A DNA stretch of 64,000 bases from Pecten maximus (taxonomy: Eukaryota). Made by a program: the position numbers and the translations under genes. Below are positions 1-13,934 of the stretch, one piece after another (the first letter of the stretch is position 1; every line of letters starts with the position of its first letter). The stretch is taken from positions 13,950,001 through 14,014,000 of the forward strand of contig NC_047024.1 of the NCBI RefSeq assembly GCF_902652985.1, read 5' to 3'. A model generated the notes under the pieces. The model was not told where the DNA came from, did no database searches, and was given only the letters and a program-made list of their open reading frames with translations.

Positions 1-600
1 TAACACAGTACCTTACTGTAAATATATCCCCAATAACACAATACCTTACCGTAAATATATCCCCAATAACACAATACCTTACCGTAAATATATCCCCAAT
101 AACACAATACCTTACTGTAAATATATCCCCAATAACACAGTACCTTACTGTAAATATATCCCCAATAACACAGTACCTTACTGTAAATATATCCCCAATA
201 ACACCATACCTTACCGTAAATATATCCCCAATAACACAATACCTTACTGTAAATATATCCCCAATAACACCATACCTTACCGTAAATATATCCCCAATAA
301 CACAGTACCTTACCGTAAATATATCCCCAATAACACAATACCTTACTGTAAATATATCCCCAATAACACAATACCTTACTGTAAATATATCCCCAATAAC
401 ACCATACCTTACCGTAAATATATCCCCAATAACACAATACCTTACCGTAAATATATCCCCAATAACACAATACCTTGCTGTAAATATATCCCCAATAACA
501 CAATACCTTACCGTAAATATATCCCCAATAACACAATACCTTGCTGTAAATATATCCCCAATAACACAATACCTTACCGTAAATATTTCCCCAATAACAC
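1..600. repeat. 33-bp minisatellite, ~18 copies, truncated by window start
   Basis: Unit TAACACA(A/G)TACCTTAC(C/T)GTAAATATATCCCCAA repeated head-to-tail. Confidence 0.95.
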
Positions 601-1007
601 AGTATCCCAAATAACACATCGTCATCCAGAATATGAAATCATTCAATTTTCAGAATTTATCATAAAAAAGGCATTTCCTGAAAATTTTGCCCATAGGAAT
701 ATAAGTGCACTAAGCGATTGGGAAGTGATTATACCTCTACTTGTGAGAGATAAGAAAATAATTGATTTGATGAAAATTTGTATAGTCATGTTGATACCCT
801 TTTCTACATGCACCTAAATTTCAACAACTATTACATCTATAAGAAAACGGATTGAACAACAGGCATAGCCTATATTAGTTCTCTCCTTAATTGACCTTTT
901 ATCACAATGTTGAAAGACTCGGTAAAATGGCACTGTCTTTTGTCCAGCGCAACGTCGGTATAATATAATGTCAGATGTTAGACTTCTAATTCGGAGGCCT
1001 TTTACAA

Positions 1008-1527
1008 TTATATTTACATTGTGGTGGCAAAGCCAAGATATAAACTAAGTAAAAAGATTTGCATTCTATGTGACCATAATTGACAACCAAAACGTGACAT
1101 CAATGCATGCCGCGCATGAATATATCCACCCACCGGGACTACTTGTAACTAACGTAAATCGTTTTTTATGTTAATTAAAAAGTATCAAAAAGACATTTTA
1201 TACAATATTGTTACACAAATGATAATAAAAATCAACAGAATGTGTTTTTTTCGTATCATTTCAATGCACTTTTTTGTTTGCAAATCTGCACGTGACAAAT
1301 GAATTTTGAAAAAATAGGCTGTTCTATTTGTCGAGCCCCATCGACTAAATTGCTGAATATTGGCATTTTTTATGCTCATTTTTAATTGTCAAAAATAATA
1401 AAACGAATATGTCGAGAATGTTAATATAAGCATTAAACTGTCTTTTTTTTTTTGGTGTCTATGGTCGATATATATGCCAGAGCTTTGCAAACAAACGTGT
1501 CATATTGTGCGCTTTAATCCTTAAATA
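1008..1527 (+). mobile_element. Interspersed non-coding repeat (non-autonomous element), copy 1
   Basis: 1008-1443 aligns by eye to the reverse complement of 34245-34673; 1432-1511 also recurs at 34170-34242. Confidence 0.8.
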
Positions 1528-4429
1528 TCAACAATAAAAGATACCGAAAATTCGTGATTGTGGGAAAATACGCGGATGTGATTTAATCATCGAGGATCAG
1601 TTTGCATAATAAACTCAGCAGTAGAAATTCGTGATGGATGAAATTCAACGAGACGTTGTTCCACTCAGGAGTTAATATATGTATTACTAGATATGCAATA
1701 CAACGTACAATCATTATCATAAAGACACCATAAGAACTACGCCGAATCTGAAAGCAACATAATTGAACTGCGATGTTGTTCAAAACGTAATCGTTTTAGG
1801 TATTTGCCTTGTGAAACAAATCACCACTTCCAAATTTCTTCTAGTTCAATGCTTTAAATATCGGTGTAGCTGGTGAAAATTGCTGTAAAATAATATTGAA
1901 TTCGTCTGAAATTGAATTCCAAAGAAATAGACGAGGTTGTGAAGACACGAAATAATAAAATGAGATTTAATATCAAATAACTAACGATGGGATTGATTTC
2001 TCTAGCATGGTACAGCATACTTTCTGGCTAATTTCCTGTTTTGGCTTATCTGCTTTGCCACAAAGCTTCTCTCCTTTGGCTTGCGTGTTTGTGCTGTCTT
2101 CCCTTTTGCTTACTGACTAACTGGTCTGACATTCAGCTGATACTGTGTTAACTCATGTTGCTAATCTTCCTGATTAATTTCAGTTTATGCAATGTGCAGC
2201 TTTGTTTCCTCGAGGTGTGGAGCTTTGTCACTTCATACGTACAGTTCTGACAAATTTCATTGCCAGTTTCGAAGCGATTGGTATTAACATCCCAAGACAG
2301 TATGAATATAAATATGTATTTCATCTTCATGTGTTGTCATGCTCCCATGAAATATTCCCCTTATTCATATATGAAATGTCTATCAATGTATCAGTCAACA
2401 TAACTGACACATAGAGTAGTAGATTATTGCGAACAAGTACACTTTACCCGTAAATGAAGGCTTCTAAGCCAATCAGTGTCCAAACGTCTGCTCTCGATAT
2501 CCCGATATCCGTGATAGGTGTCGACAAACTTACAACACGTATTCAGGTATGTTGACAAAATCAAGAAAACACTTCATGGTACATTGTATAATTATTCAAT
2601 TGGCCGATACTTAGTTCGGCGTGTACCATGCTTGGTAGTGTACCTAGCGGTGTCCTTGTCTCTTCCCGAGTTTCATTATAGGGAGGTGGTGCTACTTTGA
2701 TTTGACCTTTATTATGATGACGTTCGTAGTTGATGAAGCAGAAGACGCATACCCTTCCCGACCACATGGTCCTTATATGCTGATACTTTTGTTTAAGTTC
2801 TATTCTGTTCTTATACTTCGCCCATATTCCTAATTATTGATTAACTTACTTATAATTTTGTTTCATACACTGTACACAAGTACCGTCCAAAGTATACTCA
2901 ACAACACAGGAATAATTGTCAATAACCGCGATTACTTATTACACCAGTGAAACCGTCTAAAGTGTGTTCAATGACCATCATTATGTATTAATACTACACC
3001 ACCGCTGATACTACACCACCGCGGGATTCCCTTAACGTTCGCAAGTCTTTAATGTGGCTCTAAGCTGGCTTAAGTTTCCAGTATTAACAACTATAAGAGA
3101 AAGGCCTACCCGCTACAAGGAAATTCAATTTGAAGATGTCGTGCGGAAAGAAACTGGGTTTTATTTAATGGACATACACCGTCTCGATACAGCAGCATCG
3201 ATTCCTTACAATGATATATCCCAGTACTAGCTCACTAATATGGATGTGTTTGTAGTGCTCCTTTATGTAATGCATTGCAATTTATTAGAAGCACTGCTGA
3301 CACTCTTTAGAACTGAAAGGTAGAAAAACCTATTTGTCTTCATCGATTACATCGGAGTATTTTTCCTCTTTTCTTCTTTTTACATTAGCTAGATTTTTTT
3401 CTTGTTATTATTCATAGCAAGAAAATCATTAAATCCTAAGGATGTTTTCGATCTGAGCACTGCATTGAAATGTGAGTGAGGTGAATGTATTCGAAGGACT
3501 TTTGTTGGTATTACATATTTGTTTTAATCATTACTCGTGAGGTTTTCAGTGCTTAAGAATGTCGAGTGTACGCATGAAGCTAGTCAAATAAAGCAACTCC
3601 GGATGTCTGTGATGTTATTAAGTCTTTCTCTTCTTTTAGTTGTTAATCTTTATATAACGGGACAAGAAAAAAGTGTTCATGGAACTATGTTTAATATGTC
3701 GAGTGGGCTGTATAAATCACTATGGTAACAGTACCGTATGACACTAATAGCCACCGTCTCCCGTATCTAGGGTCGATGTATGTTTGTTAGCGACAGCTCC
3801 CCTCTCTAATGAAACCAAACTGGAGTGTATGTCTACTTGGACACTGATTTGCCTTCCAAACTAGATATATTTCGAGCTAACTACTACTAGATCGTGCTAT
3901 CCATGTATGTAATTATACCGTCAATGAGGGGCTGTCGGCACATTGTGTTGATCTACTACCAATACTCCTCTGGGTTACACCTACGGATGTATCCAGTGTT
4001 AGAATTCCTCGTTTATACTCATAGACAGAAAAGGAATCTTATTTTCGTTTGTGAAATATAATTAAATACAGATCTTTGTTTTTATTTTCTCAACATTTGA
4101 CGCATGTATATAAGCACATATACTTATCATAGTTTACCCTACAGGATAAATCATGATTGATCTGTATCCTATTGTGTGTAAACTTAACTTAAGGAAAGAT
4201 AAGGAATCCCATTCAATTAAGGAAAATTGATTAAGTAGGTCTGGATAACCGTATATACAGTATTTACGAGTACAACAGGTAATAACACAATATCGTTTCC
4301 TGTACATTGATATGGTAAATATTGACAATAAAAAGGAAGATAAATTGAGATCAATGCATCAGCATATTTTTTATATTTTATTGCACTGGGTCAATAAACT
4401 AAATTCTCTAAATGACTTCCTCTGTTTAG

Positions 4430-5203
4430 CGTGCTGTAGTGAAGGGCTACCAGGGGTGGTGAAACGAATTACTTTGACCTATATTAAAGATCACAGGGGT
4501 CACATAGGCTTAACTATGTAAACAACTTCTTTTGATAAGGGAGTTCATATTAAGTATGTAACATGCTTGAGTGAAGGACTACCAGGTTTGTTGAAAATGA
4601 TGACCTTGATATATATTTAAGGTCTTAGGGGTCAAATAGTCTGAACTGTTTAAACAACTTCTTTTTAATGACCAAAAGGTCCAGAGACTTGGAATTGGGT
4701 CTTAATGATGGTTGGATAAAGATCTACCAAGTTTGTTTAAATGAATGATCTTAATTTACATTTAAGGTCACAAGAGTCTAATAGGCTGAAATATTTGAAT
4801 AACTTCTTCTCAATAACAAAGAGGCCCAGAACTTGATATTGGTTCTGAAAGATGCTTCGGGGGAAGCCTACTATTTTTGTTCAAAAGAATGACCTTGACC
4901 TATATTCAAGGTCACATGGGTCAAATAGACTAAATTATTTAAATAAGATGCTCAGGAACCGAAAGGTCAAGGGAGTTGATTTTTGGCTTGGAGCATGTAT
5001 AGAAGAAGTTTGTTCCAGTGAATGATCTTGACCATGATTAAGTTAAATTGGCCAAAATATTTTAAAGACATTTGCTAATAACCGAGAGGCCCTGGGATCT
5101 TATATCCGGTTTTTTTGATACACTTGTTCTTAATTATGTTTATGTATAAAAAAAAAGACCACTGGATAGCATGTGAGCGATTCGGGCCCATTGGACCCTT
5201 GTT
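4430..5203 (+). mobile_element. Helentron/HINE (pearl-like) non-autonomous element with ~130-145-bp degenerate internal repeats
   Basis: Recurring GAAGG-CTACCA motifs and TGACCTTGA..TCAAGGTCA palindromes; 3' end GTGAGCGATTCGGGCCCATTGGACCCTTGTT resembles the terminal hairpin of bivalve HINEs (family recalled, not searched). Confidence 0.6.
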
Positions 5204-8200
5204 ATTTTTGCATTTGAGAAATGAAAATATTCATAATACAAAACTAAAAATGTAACAAACGTCTGATCTAAAAAGGGTGTTAACAGTGATATTTTGATCA
5301 AAGCTATTGGCATCTGATAATATTTTCCCAATACAATTTGACGCCGATTTTAGGATAGCTCACTCAATCTCAGCAACACCGTCAATAGCAATTTGTAACT
5401 GTCTGTAGCTTTTAAATAGAAAAAACAATCATTATACTGGTTCTGCTGAATATTGACTCTTTACCGTGAAGCTATGGAAGTTAAAGGAATCACAAAGTAA
5501 AATGATCACCCACATTTATAGCAGGGCTCGTGAATGTGTTTGGTAAATTGGTAAATGTTTCGACAATCCCTGGCCCGAAACCACATCAGACTGTAATACA
5601 GTATACCTGTCTCTCAACTAATAGATGATACAATGGATTGGTTTTATTTGTACTGTGTTGTCTGGGAAATTTCACACTACACAGTAACATATGCTGGTAG
5701 GATCAAAGGTGATAAATACCGGCATTCCATTAACCCCTGATTACCTCCCTTTGATTTAAGATAGGTAGACAATCAAAATCTATTGTCTGAAGGAAATCAG
5801 TATATATAAATACTTACGGCTGTTCCCACCTTGTAACCATGCAGACATTGTTTTGTATCAAATTGTTATTCTTTGAAACTGTGCCTATACCATAAAAAGT
5901 TGTTAAGAATAGTAGCGAAATCAAATTGCATTCAATTGGTGTTAATAGTAATATTGAAGCATCGGAAATTACAAATAAACACAAAGATGGCATATGTAAG
6001 AGAAGTGAACTGTCGTGTACATAGCTCAAACAGTGATACACATTAGTATCTGGAAGGAAACTAAAACTCATCAGAACTGAAGATTTATTGTCAACAGCGC
6101 CAAACGAAGAACGATAACTTATCTCACAGAAAACAAATCGTACCGAATGTCTTTGCTATTCCCTGATGTGAAAAAAATAATTATCATAAATAACCTGTTT
6201 AAACATTTCAGAAAACAAATAAATGTATACGATTCATAGCCTTGTATAGTAGCTACAAATTGTCCCCATCGGACAATCGGCATATCGACATGCAGCTTGT
6301 ACATCAACAGGAGATACGCCCGCTTCTTACGTTATCTGAATGTTGTTTGGGGCGAGGACTGATGATGGCCGATCAGGATACTTAGACATAGCATCCACTA
6401 GATCAAACGCTTGAGGGTGGTGACAGTTTATATAGACAGAAGGGCTCCCCTATACCAGGGAGAATTCAAAAGTTGTTTATATTTTTTTTATTTTCGGGAA
6501 TATGTCAGTATATATTATGACAAGCTCTTAAAGGCAGTCAACACCCGGTGTCAGGTCCGTGCGTCTCATTGACGCTTAGTATCACTCAAGTGTCACACTG
6601 TTGTTTAGTGTCGGCTTTTTTGTATCCCATTTGGAGCTCATTTTCAGATAGTTTTTCGTCGACGTGTCTGATACTTTGGCGCCAAATGTTAATTATTTGA
6701 AAGGTATAAATAACAATCTTAAAACGCTTTTGTGTCACTTCGGGGCATCACAACAGAAAATTGAATCTCGTTGGCACTGAGTGGTATATACGTGTATCCC
6801 AAAGACTCTTAATTAAACGTGTATCTTTGGTTATAGATTTTTTTTTTTTTTAAATGCATCACACAAGTATTTTCAACAGCGAGTCCTTCATTGACTTTCA
6901 CGTAAGACAAATGAGGTCATTTCCATATTTTGAAAATAAAAAGAACCGTTGTATAAATGGCAAAGGTAGTTTATGGTTCCTTTCAAATGGATTCCAAACG
7001 CTGAATATCGTAAACGACACTTCTCGGCAAAATTGTATGCAGCGTATTGCATTGAAACAAATGGAAGTCGCATTTCATCTCTAACGGCGAAAACGTTTCC
7101 ATTATGCCATGTAAAAACTGCAACTCAATTCAATGATACGGAAATGAAAGCTGCGCCCATGGGACTGTGTTTATTTTATCAATAATAGATGTTTACTGGT
7201 AGGGACAATCAAGCAGTGTAAAGGTTACCCCCATGACGATCCCGATTGTAAATTATTTATAAATGTCTCTTCCCTATCAGAAACAAAGATGTCATTCGTT
7301 CCAGTGTTAATTTGGTATCTAATTATGTTTTATTCTGGCGATAGAAATGTTCCAGATACCATTTATAACTTAATACTTTTTTATGGTGATTGTCTCCACC
7401 TGGTTGGTACCAGTAGCGGTCGCTTGTGAAAATATTGTTTTAACTTTTTCGAAATGTGATGACATATGTTTGAGTTCAAAGTGTGGGCGTATGGTTACAT
7501 GTTTCATTGTTACACATCAGAGATGCTTTCTGGTTTCGTCCCGTTTTAGTGTCAATAACTCCTTGTTTTCTACACCTTCCGTTTTCCAACGCAACAAATT
7601 GTTTATGTCGATAAACTTTTCAAAATTACGCGTTATATGAGGAAACTGCCGTATTCATGATGGCGCGTTGTTGGATTCAGTCTTCTTTCTATTTGTTTGT
7701 TGTTGTTTTTTTTTGCGGGGGTGGGGGTGTTACCAGTATTGAGTACAATCAGACATATGTAACTCCGCACATACGTCATACTTGTACAATGCGTATACCT
7801 TTGAGTTTACTATCAAAATGAAGCAAAATGTTACTTACCAACTTAAATAATAACTTAGCTACAATGGTTATTGCGAAATGACATACATCACCATTTTTTT
7901 CTAAAAATGACGAAAGCTTATGCTTTATATTTATTTCCAAAACTTTTAGAAATATCCTCCCTTCCTTCATTAATAGTTTTTTATCGGTTTTGCTGTCACA
8001 ACTAATTGTGTACAGTTTGTTAATGTCATAATCCTTCTTTTGCATCTCTGCTTTAAATGCACCCTAACACATATTTAGTTGTTTTTACCGAGTCTGCTTG
8101 ATTAATGTCTATTCCACAAATGTACACGTACATATGTATACGCTTTCCTGTATCAGATATTGGTATTTGGTTTAATCGCCTACCGTATAAACTGGAAGGA

Positions 8201-9465
8201 CTATATGTACGTACACAAGTACAAACCGGACGGAGAGGAAACATACACTTTTGAATGTATGTACGTAATGCCACAGTTTATCAACGCTCCGGCGGCTTCA
8301 TTCCTTTGGGGATTTTGATCAAACTTCACATAATTATAAAGGACCATAATATCTCGGAGTTCGAAATTCAGATTTTTTGGGTCATTGTCAAGGTCACTGT
8401 TACTAATTTAGCTGGGGCCAGCAGGGGGTTTGTATTGCTTGGTGACGTTGTTTTTGTGTGGCGTCTTTGTTACGGAGATAAGTATTACCTGTCATCTTTG
8501 TCTATACTGTAGGCCTTAGGCCTCTCTGACGCACCACTTGGTTTGTCAGTCTAGTTGTGAAGTCTGCGAACTTGATGTTCCTCATAAATTTGTTACGGGT
8601 GTAATGAGTAAAGGTTTACTATTGTACTAAGGATGCCTATCCACCAGGCTTGTTTTGATATCCCCGTTATAATGGTGTTTATTTTGTACCACTGCTACCG
8701 ATACCCAAGTACAGTAAGCATTAGCTGCTGCAATGAATATATTACGTTGTTGTACCAAACATCCCTCAAAAAATAGAATGTCAGCTGGATTATTCCCCGA
8801 GAGCAACACAGAAACACACTACAAATATCGCAAAGCAATTAGACTCGACTACCTCTCCTTCTACAGGTAAGTTTTTTGCAGATTCTAATTTCGTCCTTGG
8901 TATACTGATTAATGTTGTTTATCCCGCACCCAAGTGACGCCAGGCTGATTGGTGTACCGATACAATTGTACGTGTAATTGATGACCTAGGTATCCTCTAT
9001 GTCTTACACTACCGAAGCTTTCAAATGTTTCCTTCCATTGTTCTGTGGATAACTTCATTGGCTAAGAAATTTCTAACTGCATTTTGTATTACAAAGTCTT
9101 AGTTTCAATTCGGGTGTAACATAATTGCACAGCAATATAGTGACGAGTGCGGAGGGTGATAGCGATAGGGCAGAGAAAGTATTACATTGTATTAAAGGAA
9201 TTAAATGGAAACACATTTTGAAATTACGGCAACATATCAATTCGAGTATCCTCAATTTCTCCCAAATACACCTTACTTTAAGAATTCCTCAAGTTTTGTA
9301 AGGGTGCTTTTAACAATCAACATGCTATAGATACCTTACTCGATTCCACGGACACCCAAGTTTAGTCCCTATTGTGGTCCTCTTTTAGTTCCCTTTTTAG
9401 TCCCCCTTTTAGTCCTGTTTTCCGCCTATTATGCTATTGGTCATATATGTCTTTATCACATTTTC

Positions 9466-9838
9466 AGACATGACACCTATCACGTGGTCAGGCATGACTC
9501 CTATCACATGATCAGACATGACTCCTATCACATTATCAGACATGATTCCTATCACATGATCAGACATGACTCCTATCACATGATCAGACATGACTCCTAT
9601 CACATTATCAGACATTATTCCTATCACACGATCAGACATGACTCCTATCACATGATCGACATGAGTCCTTTCACATATCACACATGACTCCTATCACATG
9701 ATCAGACATGACTCCTATCACATGATCAGACATGACTCCTATCACATGATTAGACATGACTCCTATCACATGATCAGACATGAGTCCTTTCACATATCAC
9801 ACATGACTCCTATCACATGATCAGACATGACTCCTATC
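9466..9838. repeat. 24-bp minisatellite
   Basis: Unit CATGACTCCTATCACATGATCAGA; explains the repetitive ORFs 9409-9681 and 9484-9687. Confidence 0.95.
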
Positions 9839-10730
9839 AGGCAGTTACTAGGTTTTTATTTATTTTGCATCGTAGTTTTAGGTTCGCTGATATAAGGAAC
9901 GTGGCCTTCATCTTGTTTTTCCTGTTTTGACTCAAAAGTAGATTTAAAACTGATATTCAGAGTTACCAGACTGAGTTTCATAACACAATAAACAGTTGTT
10001 GCTGATAGCATTAACGTTTAAAGTAGAAAGACATTGATTTTTAAACAAATCCTGCACAAAAAAAGAGCCATTATTTTCCCTCCTGACTAAATCAAATATT
10101 CAAACCATAAACACGAACATTTGGTATGGAGCTTTCATGACATCATTGAACCTGTTGACTTGGCTAGCTGTTTGTTTGTCTGAGGAGAATATAACTTTAT
10201 GATGTACATATAATATGCTTTGTCTAGCGGGAATAAGTCTGTGAACAAAGTCTTCTGAAAATAATAAAAATATAATAAACAGACTATCATTCAGTCTGTG
10301 ATTTACTGATAATTATGTTCATATTGTCTGAGATATTTCAATTATCTTGGCTGTGTGTGCTACTATTCGTCATAAATTACACTAGAAATCTGTTAGTGTT
10401 TCTGGTTTTAAATTTAAGACTGTCGGACCAATTAGTGAATTTTCTTTTGGTTGTATTCGAATGCCCTTAAGACAGAATATTTATAAATCAATTAGATCTT
10501 CATTTTCTCTGACAGTACTTGGCCCATTTTTTTCCGAAAATATGAAAAGCCAAGTACAAAACATTCCCGCTGGGAAATTACGCTGCCCGCTTATGATCTT
10601 CGTGATAATTAGTCCTCGTTTGCAACTTTTTTATTTAATCCAACGAATGTGCCTGTGATACATCCAGACATTGAGACTGTAATTTCCTATCCTAATCAGA
10701 TGTACCTGGAGAGTGTTATCGTCGAATACC

Positions 10731-11291
10731 CATGATTGATTGCACTTCGCTTCGCTACTCTTATAACCCGTTGGTCAACTCATTGAAAAAAAATCAATGA
10801 CGTCACTCTATAAAGAGAAACCAATCAGCATTGTCGTTTCAGAATAAGAACTCTTCTGTTTGGTGGGGAAAATATCATAACGTTCATGTTATGATATAGC
10901 TGCGCCCACGAAGGCTCTGTAATAAACATATAGTGGGCAACACTATATGTTTATTACAGAGACATATGTGTCTTAAACAAGTATAACCTAATACGGCGAT
11001 GTTTTCTCGGATGTAAGGAACATTCCAGGTGTGCGTAGCACGACATGTCGGTGTTTACATAGGTTGAAAATCCTGTTAACTGACTTTTCCATCATCAAGC
11101 CCACAATTGGTAATATGCAACTTCTGTAAAGCGTATGTTACCTTCAATTTGATTGGCTGAAATTCAAATAGAGAAATGCGACGGAACCAATCAAAAAGCC
11201 CCTATTGAAACGATGATTTTTCACTGAATTGGTCCATGAGTGATTCGCGTAGCGTAGCGTAGCGTAGCGTAGCGTAGTGCAATCAATCATG
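10731..11291. mobile_element. MITE-like element with terminal inverted repeats and internal hairpins
   Basis: CATGATTGATTGCACT (10731) and AGTGCAATCAATCATG (ends 11291) form a perfect 16-bp IR that extends imperfectly inward; perfect 21-bp hairpin at 10915-10961; (CGTAG)n at 11248-11277. Confidence 0.7.
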
Positions 11292-11580
11292 ACTATCCGA
11301 CAATGGGAGACATTTAGACGACATACGTAAATGTTTAAAAACACACTTCGGTAAAGTTTTCTAAGAAAAAGGTTAAAAGTGCCCGTTAATCATTAATTAA
11401 CATTATCAATTTATAATAACATACACTTTAAATCCTTTTACGGCCATGTTTAGTTCTAAATAACAGCATTTCTGAAACTATAGTAGACAAAGCCTTCCAG
11501 CTTTAGACTTGTTTTTCATTTGCACACCTTTCGGCCTGATTTAAATATGTTGTTGTCAACACGGGGTCACAATTATTTAT

Positions 11581-11832
11581 AAACAGTACGTCACTACTAC
11601 AGGAGAGTAAACAGTACGTCACTACTACAGGAGAGTAAACAGTACGTCACTACTACAGGAGAGTAAACAGCTCGGACAATAGTTAGTATTAACATAAAAA
11701 CAATTGTCCTAGCTTGATCAGGGGTGATTAACTCTGGTAATAATCATTGAGAATATCAACAATTGTCCTAGCTTGATCAGGGGTGATTAACTCTGGTAAT
11801 AATCATTGAGAATATCAACAATGGTCCTAGCT
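11581..11832. repeat. Local tandem duplications (28 bp x3, then 59 bp x2)
   Basis: AAACAGTACGTCACTACTACAGGAGAGT x3; CAATTGTCCTAGCTTGATCAGGGG...ATATCAA x2. Confidence 0.9.
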
Positions 11833-12329
11833 GTGTCCGTTTGTGATACCTGTAACTGAGATGACGTTATCAGCATTGACTCAATGTCTGACTCGGGTCT
11901 TTTACGACTAAAAATCCAATCAACACTGGTAAACAAGGTTGCAGGGGTATGAAATAGAGATTTGATTTCCCTGGCGAGTATCTGTATTGTTGCGTAGCCT
12001 TCCTTGTCATTCTGCTGTCTACAACAGTCATACTCTGTTAAACAGGTGTTATACAGACACATGTAAACACCTATGATGTAAGGAATATCTCACAGCAGGG
12101 GATTATCGACACATATTAGATAAAGACAGTTTTTCCTGAAATTACATTGGCTTAAACATGGTCCCGTGGAGGTCAATACTGTATTTTGATACGTTCAATT
12201 GATCTTTTAATTTATAATAAACACCCTGTTATTGTTACTATTATGACGTCATAATTACTGTGACGAAACAATGCCCCTACGCAAATGTCCTGTTATCAAG
12301 AGAAATACAAGTTTCCTATATGATAACAA

Positions 12330-12480
12330 GATTTAGAACCTTTGATTCGATTGATATGGAGTTATACCAACCTGGTAGGATCAAATACAGTATATTGACC
12401 TTGGGCTTCCTCTTCGTCAAAATCTGATTATACCAGGTTGGTCAAACACCATATTGACTTCACAAAAGGTCCATAATTCT
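12330..12480. mobile_element. Short imperfect palindrome (MITE-like remnant)
   Basis: ATATGGAGTTATACCAACCTGGTA pairs with TACCAGGTTGGTCAAACACCATAT. Confidence 0.5.
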
Positions 12481-13934
12481 AGATATAGCTTATTACCTAC
12501 ATAGATTGGTTATCATCTACATTGATCAGTTAATCCGTTTTCATTTTTGAAAAGCAACCCGAAGCGTACTAGTAATACAGTGTAATAATATTAAATTAAC
12601 TAGGCAATAATCTGCATAACTGTGTTGTAAATATACAGAATATCGTTACTGTATTTGTCGAAAAGTGCAACTATCCTGTTTAAAGTATATAGTTCGTGCT
12701 TGTACTGATATGTAACTGAGTCTTGCGGTAATGGTGTGTTTAAGCAAAATTCACGTTTGATTTGCAATTTCTCCATCAAAAGTAATTCGACGTTCAATTG
12801 TAGACATTTAGTCTTATCGACATTCACACCTCCCCAGGCAGACACTACTAGAAAGGACCAAACAGTTTGATGATGATAAATTAACAAAGTGGGTGTTGGG
12901 TGTTTCTACAGCCAGTTGAGATAAGCTCGCTCTGTGATACATTGTGCCCAGGTTGTTTCTACGTTTGCTAAAGACTTGTAAAACGCATACTGAAACTAGT
13001 TTTCCTTTTGTTGAGTGGTATATATACATGTATATAACTCTGACAACGTCCTATCAGCTGACTTATGTCTCCATTGTTGTATTGAACACAAGTGACCCGT
13101 TGTTCTTCTATCGTTATTTAGTATTTTGGAAAGGTTACATTTGGTTTGTGATTATTGTTTAACTCCGACCAACACGATTGGGATAGCTATGGACGGTACT
13201 TACAGGAATGGGCTAGCTTAAAAACCATTTAAAGTGGTATTTCATTGAAATGACAGTAGCTGGCACATTGGCACAACGCCTCCCGCCGGCTCCTAGCAAT
13301 GTGCATCAGCATCAAGTACCGTATTGAACACTTTAAAACAGGTGTCAAAAGTAAGTCAATGATAGAATGAAAACAGTTCTCAAAAAAAAAAGATAAAGAA
13401 AGTAGTCACTTAGTCGTTACAAATTAGAAAGGTTTTATCCTTCTACTGTATAGCGGAACAGAGTATATAAATAAGCGCGCAGCATATATATTATTTTACG
13501 GGAAATATGTAATTTAGGTATTAAGTGTACAATAATTTATGTACATAATTGTGTACATTAATCTGTTTACTCTCGAGCTCGTCATTGGAAATTAATTCTC
13601 GGGAGTGATGGGGCAGTGGTGCTTACATAACACAGGGATCAATATAAGACAAGGAATGGTTGATTTATCAATATACAGGTGCCCTGTAGACCGTAAATCA
13701 AATAGTTTTTTCAGACGAAATCGATACTTTCTCTAGTATACTGCATCTGACTGATGATTCCCGTCCAAAGTTTATTCAATTTCAAAAAAAAAAAGAAAAA
13801 ACGTAACTTCGTTCAACACAAACGGTAATTGACTTATTGTGTGCTGTTCTCGGCACAGCGTGTGGATTTCTTTAAGTAGCTGCAGATCTAGCATGATGAT
13901 GTGTCTGATGTGTGTCAAACCTAGAAGCAAAACT

